64,000 nucleotides of DNA from Podarcis bocagei (Eukaryota), in NCBI GenBank assembly GCA_964188305.1, contig OZ076890.1. One strand, written 5' to 3'. Shown in pieces: positions 54,082 through 64,000 of the stretch (positions are counted from its first letter, which is position 1; every line of letters starts with the position of its first letter). The notes under the pieces were generated by a model. That model worked only from the letters and a program-made list of their open reading frames with translations, searched no databases and was not told the DNA's origin. The translations under genes and the position numbers were made by a program.

Positions 54082-54759
54082 GGTTATGAGAATCTGGAAA
54101 ACCAGAAGCTACTCTCAGCTTCGTTTGGCAAGACATACTGAAGCAGGGAAGGGTTGGTTGGCCCCATCCTGGCCTCTGCATAGTATGTGTTCCCAGTCAA
54201 CAATAATGCATGTGTTTCGCCTGCATCAGTTTGGAGTTTATCTCTTTTGGTGTGGTTGGTTGCTGCCTGCCTGGATAAGAGATCTTTCTGTATGATTTCA
54301 GTGTATGGTATTGCTGGATTGCTAGCTGAGTGGATACAGCTGAGATATGGGTGTGCTCCAGAGCCTGCCTTCCTATAGGACAGAGTTGCCATGGGCACAG
54401 GGCTCAACTATCATGGTGGGGTCACCCCTTCAGGGGCAGGGGTGCTCCTGTTCACATAAGGATAAGGACCTGTGGGCAACTGCTTGTGATCCTTACCAGG
54501 ATGACAGGAAAGGGGAATTTGGTTTCTTTCTGAGTGAGAGACAGTGGGAGGAATGTAGCAGTGGCATTACTATCTGTGGCTCTACCCATTGTATATGGTG
54601 ATACTGGACGATGACAGACCTAAGATATGGATGGGTGGGAGTTGCAAAGATGCTGCCCCAACATCAGTGGTGCTGGATAGGAGAAGGTATAATGGGAATA
54701 GAGGAATAGAGGACCTGGCCACCTTCTGTGTCAGAGACCTAGATGTTTGATCCGTGACA
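54082..54759 (-). mobile_element. Probable solo LTR
   Basis: GC-elevated ~680-bp block ending CGTGACA (TGTCACG on the minus strand), starting GGTTATG. TSD not evident. Confidence 0.5.
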
Positions 54760-54788
54760 CCCGTTTCAGTACCCTTCCACTCCTCCAG

Positions 54789-55028
54789 AATTCTAGATTC
54801 AGTGTTGGTCTGATGCAGTCGAAATAATTAAAAAATTAAAAAAGATTTAACAAATTAAAAAATAGTCTAGTAGCACCTTAGAGACCAACTAAGTTTGTTC
54901 TAGGTATGAGCTTGCGTGTGCATGCACACTTCTTCAGATACTCTGAAAGCTCATACCTAGAACAAACTTAGTTGGTTGCTAAGGTGCTACTAGACTTCAA
55001 TTTTTTGAAAATTTCTTTAATTATTTTT
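54789..55028. mobile_element. Penelope-like element terminal repeat in foldback arrangement
   Basis: 50-bp inverted arms 54864-54913 / 54947-54996 (48/50), flanked by the direct repeat ACTCCTCCAG (54779-88, 55029-38). Confidence 0.88.
54904..54941 (-). ncRNA. Minimal type I hammerhead ribozyme motif, core mutated (GAAA to GCAA)
   Basis: Minus strand reads GUAU-CUGAAGA-A-GUGUGCAUGCACAC-GCA-AGCU-C-AUAC. Confidence 0.75.
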
Positions 55029-55104
55029 ACTCCTCCAGTAGTTTTTGATGTATTATGCCTTGAATCTTTTTTTGTTTGTTTGAATGGTGACTAATATGTT
55101 TCCA

Positions 55105-55255
55105 TGGAATTAAAGAATTGCAGAGTTGGAAGGTACCCCCAAGGGTCATCTAGTCCAGCCCCCTGCGATGCAGGAATCCTGCCCCCAGCCACCCCTGGGT
55201 TGGCTCAAACCATCAACCTTTCAATTAACAGCCAGACACACTGACCCATTGTGTC
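55105..55255 (-). mobile_element. SINE with CR1-type tail
   Basis: gagttggaaggtacccccaagggtcatctagtccagccccctgcgatgcaggaat plus a degenerate tRNA-like head. Confidence 0.7.
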
Positions 55256-56649
55256 TGGAACCCAAAATACAAGAAACAACAAATGTTAGCTTTTGTATCT
55301 TACACATCTTTCTTCTTTACCTTGTGCTAGGTCAAAATACTTATTTAGCAGTTACAGTGTCCTGAACATTGTTCATAAACATAGACTCCATTAAAATTTC
55401 CATTAATCAGAACAGCAAGAATGAGTTTTACTATGGTATTTTTTCAATAGCCCCATATATATTGTATTTCATATCATAATTGCCAGCCTAAATAGCCAGT
55501 AATAGCACAGAAACATATATTCCTCATGGATTTTTTTGTGTTAGGCAATCAAATTAATAGTCAGATATTCAGCAAACCCATATTTTTTATGAAAAAGAGA
55601 TAACAGGGAGAAAGTCATGTCATATTGACAAAAGTAGCTTTGCTCCCTATGAAAGAAAATATTTCAGATTTTTATGAAGGATTTCAAAATGTTGCTGGGT
55701 AAGTTAAAACTAAACAAATGGTGATTCATTTCCCCTCAACATTAAATAAAATTGCCATTCCCTGAAACTACAGTCATTGGCATTTGCTTTTGACAGAAGC
55801 TGTCTTCTAGAATCCAAGCATTTTGTCTAACATCTTTCCAAGCAACATTTAAAGTAATTATTCTCTCATGGCTGTTCACTTGCTTCCGATTGCTGTCCCA
55901 AACTTCTCCCATCAGTCTTCACTTGATTGCTTGCATTATTCACAATCAATGTTCTGATCGCAGTGATCAGCGATCTGTCGTGACTCTATCAAATATTCTT
56001 TTCCACAGCTGATAGCTATCTTTGTGCTGACCTTTTATCTTCTCCTTCTAGATTTACCTGCATCCCTCTTTAAAAGCCCTTTTTATATAAGAAATTTGTG
56101 AAGAGCTTTCTCCTTGCTTTTCACATTCTGTATTTCTGTAACAGATCTAATAAGGGGACAAAACAACACACTGTAGTAGCAAGAAACAAGTGAGATTAAT
56201 GGCCATGTAAGCAATTACATAGGTTAAACATTAATATGAGATGACATACCCTTTTACTTAGTGAACTCTGATAACAATATTCAGTATTCTCTAGTTTTGA
56301 CATTTTATACCAGAGGATACTGATGATCTATGTATCTATTATTTCTTTAACCAGCTATTTCAGTGAACACAAACAAGCAGTAATGACCTTTATTCATTCA
56401 GTTTCTCCAATGATTTCTCATTATGCTTTCTTATTATGTCTTTGTACTCCCACACCCTTCGATCCAATTTGTCTCAAGAAGGCATATCTTTAATGAAAAC
56501 GTAGAGTCAACTCATACAGGTAATAGTGAGAATGTGTTTTAAAACACCTCTACTTGACAAACATGTACCATGAGAAAATATTTTATATAGGTAGCTATCA
56601 AATGAATCATTTTCCACATTAAAGTAGTGCTACAGTCAGTACTTATCAG

Positions 56650-57000
56650 AAACCCTCTGTGTGACCCCTCAATGGAAAGTCCAGAGGGTGGCAACACGAG
56701 AATGTGCCTTTTCAGTGGTGGCCTTCTGCTTGTGAATGATCGATCACCCCAAGGAAGCTCACATCGCACCATCACTAAATATCTCAAGGTGCCAGACCAA
56801 AACACTTCCTTTTGCCAGGTCTTTGTCTTTACATTACCTGCAGCCTCCTTTAGAAGATGGGATGCTTTAATCCTAGTTTTAAAAATATGAATGTGATTTA
56901 GATTTTTCTAAGCTTACTTTTGTGATGGTATTTAGTTACGTTATTTATTTATTGCTGAAAGTTGCTTTGGGTTGCATTGTCAAAAAAGTGACTAATAAGC
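56650..57000 (+). mobile_element. L2-type LINE 3' end
   Basis: gtggcaacacgagaatgtgccttttcagtggtggcc...gccagaccaaaacacttcctttt followed by a T-rich UTR. Confidence 0.7.
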
Positions 57001-57202
57001 TTAATGAAGAAGAATACTATATCACTATTAATTGCACATTTATTTATATTTAAAACATTTTAATACCATCCTTCATTCTATTTAGAATTCTAGAACAGTG
57101 TACAGACAATTATATCAAACACAAGGTACAAAAATCAAACTGCAGAGAACCCTTCAATTCTTAATATGCACAAAATATTAAAATGACTGGGTGAAGAAAA
57201 AT

Positions 57203-57327
57203 AATAGAATAATAGAACTGTAGAGTTGAAAGGTACCATGAGGGTCATCTAGTCCAACCTCCTGCAATGCAGGAATCTTTGGCCCAACATGGAGCTTGAA
57301 TCATTAAGGGTCTCATGCTCTACTGAA
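57203..57327 (-). mobile_element. SINE with CR1-type tail (same family as 26629-26748)
   Basis: tagaactgtagagttgaaagg...gtcatctagtccaacctcctgcaatgcaggaatcttt...ccaacatggagcttgaa...tctcatgctctactga. Confidence 0.75.
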
Positions 57328-57332
57328 GTCAC

Positions 57333-57450
57333 ACCGGACGTTCGGCTTCTGAGGCAAAGTTCACAAACTGGAACACCTACTTCTGGGTTTGCTATGTTCG
57401 AGTTCCAAGTTGTTTGTGAACTAAGCTGTTCGAAAACCAAGGTACGTCTG
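57333..57450 (-). mobile_element. Half copy of the MITE family at 620-867
   Basis: aactaagctgttcgaaaaccaaggtacgtctgTA is the reverse complement of that element's left end. Confidence 0.8.
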
Positions 57451-57589
57451 TATAAGTAGTCGCAACTTGAACTGGGCAAGAAGTGAATAAGTAGACATTG
57501 AAAGTTCATGTAAAACTGGCATAATATGCATAAACCTAGATGTACCAATTAAAATTATGGTGGTCATATTCTTCACTAACTGAAGCTTG

Positions 57590-57667
57590 CCTTCAAAGCA
57601 GCGCCATGCAGGGGGATGGACTAGAATAACCCTTGGGTCTCTTCCAACTCTAAGATTCTATGATTCA
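57590..57667 (+). mobile_element. CR1 3' terminus
   Basis: ggactagaataacccttgggtctcttccaactctaagattctatgattc. Confidence 0.8.
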
Positions 57668-57689
57668 ATGGATGACACACTGGTAGTTC

Positions 57690-58630
57690 AAACAGGGGTA
57701 TACCAAAGCTGTCCAGACACGGTTGCAGCTGGGAAACCAGCTGAAATTGGCAAAAGGTTTTGCAAGGCACCATGGCCACCACCAGGAGTATCCCCAAACT
57801 GTGCACCTTTTCTTTCAGGGAGAAGGCAACTCTGCTGAAACTGAAGAAGCTCAAATTTCGCAGGTCCAAGAACCACCAATGTTTCCATTTTAACAGGATT
57901 CAACTTCAGCTTATGTATTATTCCAGGGATGTCCAACTGGTCGACCATGATTGACAGGTCGATCCCCAGGTGACTGTGGTCGATCGCGGTCTCTCTTTCC
58001 TCCGCAGGGGAAAAAGAACATTCGGCTCCGTCCCCTCGCCCTGACCTTCCGTTGTGCATGATAGCAAAAACGGAAGATGGAGTTAAGGCTGAATGGTGAG
58101 CGATTTACGGTGTAACTCCCCCTAAAAAAGCTCAACAACTTTGACTCTCCCCCCCCCCATGGGTACATCACTGCCAGTTTTTTATTCTGGAAGTAGATCA
58201 CAGTCTCTTGGGAGTTGGACGTCCCTGCATTATTCTATCCAGGCACCAGTTTCTCTAAAGCCTCACCCTATTCATATGACAAAGAAAAATAGAACTGAGG
58301 GTCATCAACATAATTATATCACCTCCACATCCCTGGATAACTTCACTCAGTAGCTAGATATAGATGTTAATAAGCATGAGGAATAAGACAGAAAGCAACA
58401 AAAAAACAGAGCTATATGGTTAAGCAGATATGCTACTTTCTCAAACCAATCATGCAGATAGGAGTAGAACCACTGTATCATCTTGTGTCCCACTCCCAAT
58501 TAAGATTTTCCCAAGAAGACACCATGGTTGATGGTATCAAAAGTCACTGAAAGATCAGGAATTAACAGGACTGCACTTTCATCATCTCTCTCCAGACAGA
58601 GGTCATCCATCAGGCTGACTAAGGCTGTGG
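57690..58630 (-). mobile_element. Fragmented L2-type LINE ORF2 (RT region)
   Basis: Minus-strand peptides TALVSLMDDL, DLSVTFDTINHG, YVDDPQFYFS, KLKLNPVKMETLVV and LKEKVHSLGILL occur in L2 order. Confidence 0.85.
57924..58227. mobile_element. hAT (Charlie-like) element nested in L2
   Basis: 15-bp TIRs CAGGGA(T/C)GTCCAACT and TSD TATTATTC / CATTATTC. Confidence 0.9.
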
Positions 58631-58735
58631 TGCAGATGCACATGTGAAAATCCCCAGAATGCAGCACTAATCAAGGATAACAATCTGAAATAATATGCAG
58701 ATTGTTTAAGTACTTCTTTGGTGTGCTAGCACTTA

Positions 58736-59079
58736 AGGTAAACGTAAAGGGACCCCTGACCATTAGGTCCAGTCGTGACCGACTCTGGGGTTGCGGGGCT
58801 CATCTCGCTTTACTGGCCGAGGGAGTCAGCTTTTGTCCACAGACAGCTTCCAGGTCATGTGGCCAGCATGACTAAGCCGCTTCTGGCAAACCAGAGCAGG
58901 GCACGGAAACGCTGTTTATCTTCCCGCCTGAGCGGTACCTATTTATCTACTTGCACTTTGACGTGCTTTTGAACTGCTAGGTTGGCACGAGCTCACCCCG
59001 TCGCGGGATTCGAACCGCTGACCTTCTGATCCGCAAGTTCTAGGTTCTGTAGTTTAACCCACAGCACCACCCACGTCCC
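58736..59079 (-). mobile_element. Sauria SINE (Squam1), near full length
   Basis: Minus strand starts GGGACGTGGGTGGTGCTGTGG, has box B GGTTCGAATCCC and an (ACCTTT)-type tail. Flanking direct repeat CACTTA (58730-35, 59082-87). Confidence 0.95.
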
Positions 59080-60696
59080 ATCACTTACCATGCTGCTAAA
59101 AACTGTTGGTGGATAAAATCCTTTAATATCTAAGAGAAGTTTCTTTTTCTTGTGTTTCTTGTTTCTTTTAAATATTATTTGTTTATTTACTTGCCACCCT
59201 TTAAACAAAGCAAACTAGTCTCCTCAATTGCTAAATAAAGAAAAGCAAACATTACTCTTTCGGGGGTATTCTCTATAACATTGTGGCAGGCTATTTTAAA
59301 GAACACAGCAGGTGGCAAGATCATTCACATTAACAGAATTTTTTAAAGAGGGGAATTACAAGAGTATAATCAAAACAATAAGGTGGGCCTGCTGAATTAA
59401 GTAAGTATTAACTCTCTTTGGACACCTGCTTACCTTTGAAAATCTATTTAAATTAATGACTAATATCATTCACATGTGGTTAAGAGACTAAGTTCATTCT
59501 CTGCATGACATGTTGGCGTAGTTGATTTTTGTTTATGCAAAAGAAGTATCTTAAATATTTAAAATAATACATGGTGCATCCTACTTTCACAGTAATTTCT
59601 ACAATACACACTCAAATGGGACAACTACATCTTCTTAAAAGGTACTGAGATAGCTTCCCCTCTCTCTAGCCTGTGCTATATACCAGCTTAGTAAGAATGC
59701 TATTCTGCATTTAGACTAAAATTCACATTTGTTTCCACCCAGTGGTCTGGCTTTACTTCAAGTTTGGGAAATATGCAAGCTAAACCTTTAGTAGCATGTT
59801 TGATCTTATAAAAATTCATGAATATGATTACCACATGCTTTCTCTACCAAAAAGAAAGGCTAAATACCATCTGGGCAAGATAGTCTAATTAGTGGATTGG
59901 ACCACGGAAGCCCTGTTAGCTCAAATATTTAAGCTCATGCCCCTTGTCCATTTAGAAGGAAATAAAAATGAGTATGCTAAGAAAGTGGACAGCAGCAATC
60001 CTTTAGAATCAGGGCAGACTGAAGTTAACTAAGCTCACAGAATTTAGCCATCCAACCCTCCCCATGGGAGGTTCCTATTTTTCTTTTCTTGATGGATATA
60101 CTTGGCCCAGCACAAACCTTGAGAATAAACTTGGCACCACATGAATCAGATTTTAATAAGTTGAATGGCATGCTGCAGCAGACTGGTATTTAAAGGCAAC
60201 AGCATACGATGGGGACTTTTTTTTTTTAGATTTGGCAACTGCAATAGAAAAGCAAATGATAAAAGTAAAGGAGTAGCTATTAAAATAAAATGGGATGTAA
60301 GTAGGAAAATGACTTTGCCTTGAATGCACACATAAAGTATGAAGATACTACAAATAATCTAACCTGCATTCACATAAATGTACAATGAAAACATATCATG
60401 TATACTAATAAGGAAATTGTTTTCCAAATTAATGTTCTCATGTAGCCAAATGCATTACCACAAACATGAAAAAGATATCAGCTACTCTGGGGGAACCAAA
60501 AGCTGTACAAAAGTAAATATATATTAAAAGGGGGAGGGCTTAAGAGATCAAAGCACCCTGAAATAGACTAATGAAAACTAGACACACTTATTGGTGTATT
60601 GTATGATACCGATTATGTGTTGGAAGTTGAAAACAAAAGGGGGGATATGGAAAGGAGTATATTGGAACACTAAATAGAGACACTCCCCATGACAAC

Positions 60697-60790
60697 ATAG
60701 TAGTAGCAATAGCAGCACTAGTAGTAGCCGTAGCAGTAGTAGTAGTAGTACCCTACCCATATGACTGGGTTGCCCCAGCCACTCTGGTCC
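60697..60790 (-). mobile_element. LINE (L2-type) 3' terminus with expanded (TAG/CAG)n tail
   Basis: cccatatgactgggttgccccagccactctgg is the reverse complement of the motif at 18229-18270. Confidence 0.65.
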
Positions 60791-60871
60791 CACTTGCATG
60801 AAAATGAAACAGAAGTATCTGTATAGATTTATATTTCTGTATAGGAATGATTATGAGAGATAGTGTGTGCA

Positions 60872-60873
<2 letters not shown>

Positions 60874-60903
<30 letters not shown>
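60874..60903. repeat. (CA)n microsatellite
   Basis: Direct reading. Confidence 0.95.
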
Positions 60904-60907
<4 letters not shown>

Positions 60908-62468
60908 AATTCAGAACCGTTGGAACCAGCTTGCTATAGAAAATGGAGATAAATGTGTGAATCAACCTTCTGTAAAAACAAAGTCACCCCTTAAAAAACT
61001 GATCATCAATCTGGAAGTGAATTGGCTGTGCCAAGCCATTTTTCTTTATCTCAGAATAATTTATGAATGTGCTAGTGAAAACATGTAATGACTTTAACCA
61101 AAGACCTTTAAAGAAAAGCAGGGGCATAGTATTTTGAATGCTAATGCTGACAAGTTTCAACAGCTTATGATTAGCATTCTCTTTACCATTTAGAGGGGAA
61201 AGCTGAACAAATAAATGCCTTTGAAAGAATAATTGAATATACTGAATCGTCAATTCTTGTTACAAGTCATTCAAAGTTTATGTGCTCTAGATTCATTGTT
61301 AACCGTTCATTTAAAGTATATGAACTTCTAAGACTACTTAAATTGTGACTAGTGTCATAGATGTTCATTTACATACAATCCAGAGTAATATTGGTGACAG
61401 CAGCAGGATTCATTTGCTACAAGGATTGCACGTTTTGGTACTTCCTTATCTATAAATATTACATTAAAAAATCTAGTATATATTATTATTTTGTACATTG
61501 CTTGTGTTGGTCACTTTCCTAATACACCTGTAAAGATACGGGTAATAGTTATGCTCACTATTAGGAAATACTGCAATGAGATGTGGATGTGGATGGAGAT
61601 TTTATTTTTATTTTTATTTTTGGTTGTTTGAAAGATCCATTGAAATCTTTGTTAACTGTTTGGCAGGTGACCAAACAACTGACAGAATTGATTTCCCACT
61701 ATTAATATCAGCTCACAATACCACAAGTATTACAATAAAAATTAATAAATGTGTTTTTTTCTAATATAACATATGACCCATTATGTTGATTTAGATCCTG
61801 TCCTTGAGACCCCTCATCGAATAGCAATGTGCGCTTGTTTGAAAATATAGCACATACACCATACTTGCATAACCATAGCTGCAAAATTTCTTCCAAAAAA
61901 CTCATATCTATTCCAAAATATATTAATGCCTAGCAATCCCCAATGGAAGCAAGAAATGTTATGCAAACATTGGGGTGGCACAACAGGTTTACACAAAATG
62001 CAAAGCCAAACCATGGTTTAGCCCCAAAGAGCACAGCAGCAGCAGAAACAATTATCTAAATCTTGCATCACAGGTAGCCCTACATTTTCAGATTCAAGTT
62101 AGCCTCATGCAGAACAGATGACTGCAGTCCTCAAGACTAGTATAGCATGAATGACAGTTACCAATAATAAAATGCCAGTACAAAACGTTAGCCTTCTTTT
62201 GAAACACTTTTTGACACTCTATCCACATTATGTAATGGATCCAGGAATCTATGCATTTCAGTGACCAAAAACTGGCCACTGAAGACCACACCCACATTGG
62301 CTACTGTAACAAGTACAAACTGTCAACAGATGGTATGATGCTGCTTATTCAACAAAATGTTTGTCAGGGAAGCATTACTGCTTCAGGCTATACTAAATTA
62401 ATCCCCAAAGAGTTATGCTTTATATGCTCTTTTCAGGGTAAGACGGAATACTGATCAGATTATTTAGT

Positions 62469-62560
62469 CAAAATAAAAAAATTCCTTCCAGTAGCACCTT
62501 AAAGACCAACTAAGTTAGTTCTTGGTATGAGCTTTCGTGTGCATGCACACTTCTTCAGAT
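62469..62560 (-). mobile_element. Truncated Penelope-like terminal repeat
   Basis: ccagtagcaccttaaagaccaactaagttagttcttggtatgagctttcg, flanked by the 14-bp direct repeat TCAGATTATTTAGT (62455-68, 62555-68). Confidence 0.9.
62525..62560 (-). ncRNA. Minimal type I hammerhead ribozyme motif, intact core, helix I truncated
   Basis: Minus strand reads AU-CUGAAGA-A-GUGUGCAUGCACAC-GAA-AGCU-C-AUAC. Confidence 0.8.
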
Positions 62561-64000
62561 TATTTAGTGTAAGATTGATAAAGTCTCTGAATAAAGCACC
62601 TTCAAAACTCATTGTGGTCGGAATATATATATAAAACAACTGATTTTTCCTTCAATGAATAGAATCAACCCCTTCCCCAGCAACAAGTCTCGTTTAACAA
62701 CAAAATCCAAATTTCTAAATAAGTACCGGTAGTTGCTTTCCCAAGCATTGCTGATCACATCTCCAAAAAGACATACATGTTTTGTTTTATTTCCTGTTCT
62801 GTTTTCACACTGGTATCGCTAGTAGTTGGCTGACTAATTATGCAAGAAGCCAAGCCAATGCTTTTAGAGCTTTAATGGCAGTAAGCAATTTTCTCCTTCC
62901 AAAATTTGAAATAAAAACATAGGGTTATTATGCAATGGTGTTTTGTTGTTCGAATTAAGATTCTTGAGACTTTTCCAGCTGGAACCCTGGGCCTTAAGTC
63001 TAACTTCTTATTATATGAACCTGACATTGTTTACAAGCTAAACATTCATCTACAGAGACTCTAAGCAAGTTCCAAATGGGTACATAAACTGATAACTTTT
63101 GGTTAGATCCAATGGTAGCACTAGTGGGAATTATTTCTGCTCACACAAGCCAAAGCACTAAAAATTTTCCCTATTCTTTCTATCGAATGTAGCCTCTGAG
63201 CAACCTAAAAAGCTTGCCGTAATGGACTGGGAACCTTCTTGAACAAAATGGAAGTGGAGGGAAGGGTGAAAGCTAGGAGTCAGAAAAGTTGCACAGACAG
63301 TAAAACTTGGCTTAGTCAAAAAGTAGCAAAAGTTCCTAAATTATTGGTATAGGAACACAAGAATGGCTTGTGAGATACATGTGGCTAAATTGGAGCAACC
63401 AGCTGGACCAACCAGCTTTGCCTCTTCACATGCTGAATTCATCAGGTAGACTAGAGGTTCAACAATAGGCTTGATTACCTTCCTCCCAAGGTGAGGCAGA
63501 GTGACCTAGGTAAAGCCTAGCAGTACAGCTTACTCCATGGTCTTAACCCCTTCATGCATTAATTAGACTTAAGCCTGTTGGTTATATATTCACATGCAAT
63601 AATTCCACTTGTAGTTGCTTTGGATGTTGCAACAACCAGATCCTAATTGAAAAAGTACCTTGAACACTACATACAGCAGCTCTGCAATTTGAGTGAAAAG
63701 GTTTTACAAACTGGATGTGTATTTAAAGCTTGTAAGAATAACAAATCTGGACATCACAGAAACACTGAAATAATCAGAAGTGTGAGGTACTGGTGCATCT
63801 TGGTAGCTGCAGATGCCAGCTATTTCTCTGACTGTAGCTTTGTATTTAATTATACATATTATACAACTTTTAAGAATTTTACTCTCTTCTACAGTGACTT
63901 TCTCAAAGGATTGACTGTGTGGGCTATATGTCAGGCTCAAGCAGACATAACATGAATACTATCCTTGGAAACAACAGGGGAGGAGACCAGGGAGAGTTTA

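Noticed and set aside
59000-59079. tRNA gene (box A and box B present)
   Set aside because: It is the tRNA-derived head of the Sauria SINE and I see no cloverleaf.
1-64000. ORF-track entries of 60-151 aa as genes
   Set aside because: They are short, often use non-ATG starts, overlap microsatellites or TEs, and show no recognisable protein family apart from LINE remnants.

Overview
This is AT-rich vertebrate non-coding DNA, not prokaryotic. The repeats (two Sauria/Squam1 SINEs with (ACCTTT)n tails, Squam3-like SINEs, Penelope terminal-repeat relics, CR1 and L2 fragments) point to a squamate reptile, most likely a lacertid lizard (inference). I recognise no protein-coding gene, so the window looks like a large intron or intergenic region. 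The ORF track is mostly chance ORFs, apart from degenerate L2 reverse-transcriptase peptides. The window holds many non-autonomous DNA transposons (TA-flanked Tc1/mariner-type and 8-bp-TSD hAT-type), several LTR-like solo repeats, nested insertions and microsatellites. The most notable observations are: (1) two minus-strand Penelope-derived minimal type I hammerhead ribozyme motifs, one inside a 50-bp-arm foldback, each disabled in a different way; (2) an 87-bp, 93%-identical inverted repeat whose arms are ~1.64 kb apart and match no repeat I recognise; (3) three CG-containing alternating purine-pyrimidine tracts around a candidate 45-nt minus-strand exon; (4) a second candidate minus-strand exon next to a CpG-retaining dyad. 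Repeat family names come from recalled consensus features, not a database search. Boundaries of old elements are approximate.
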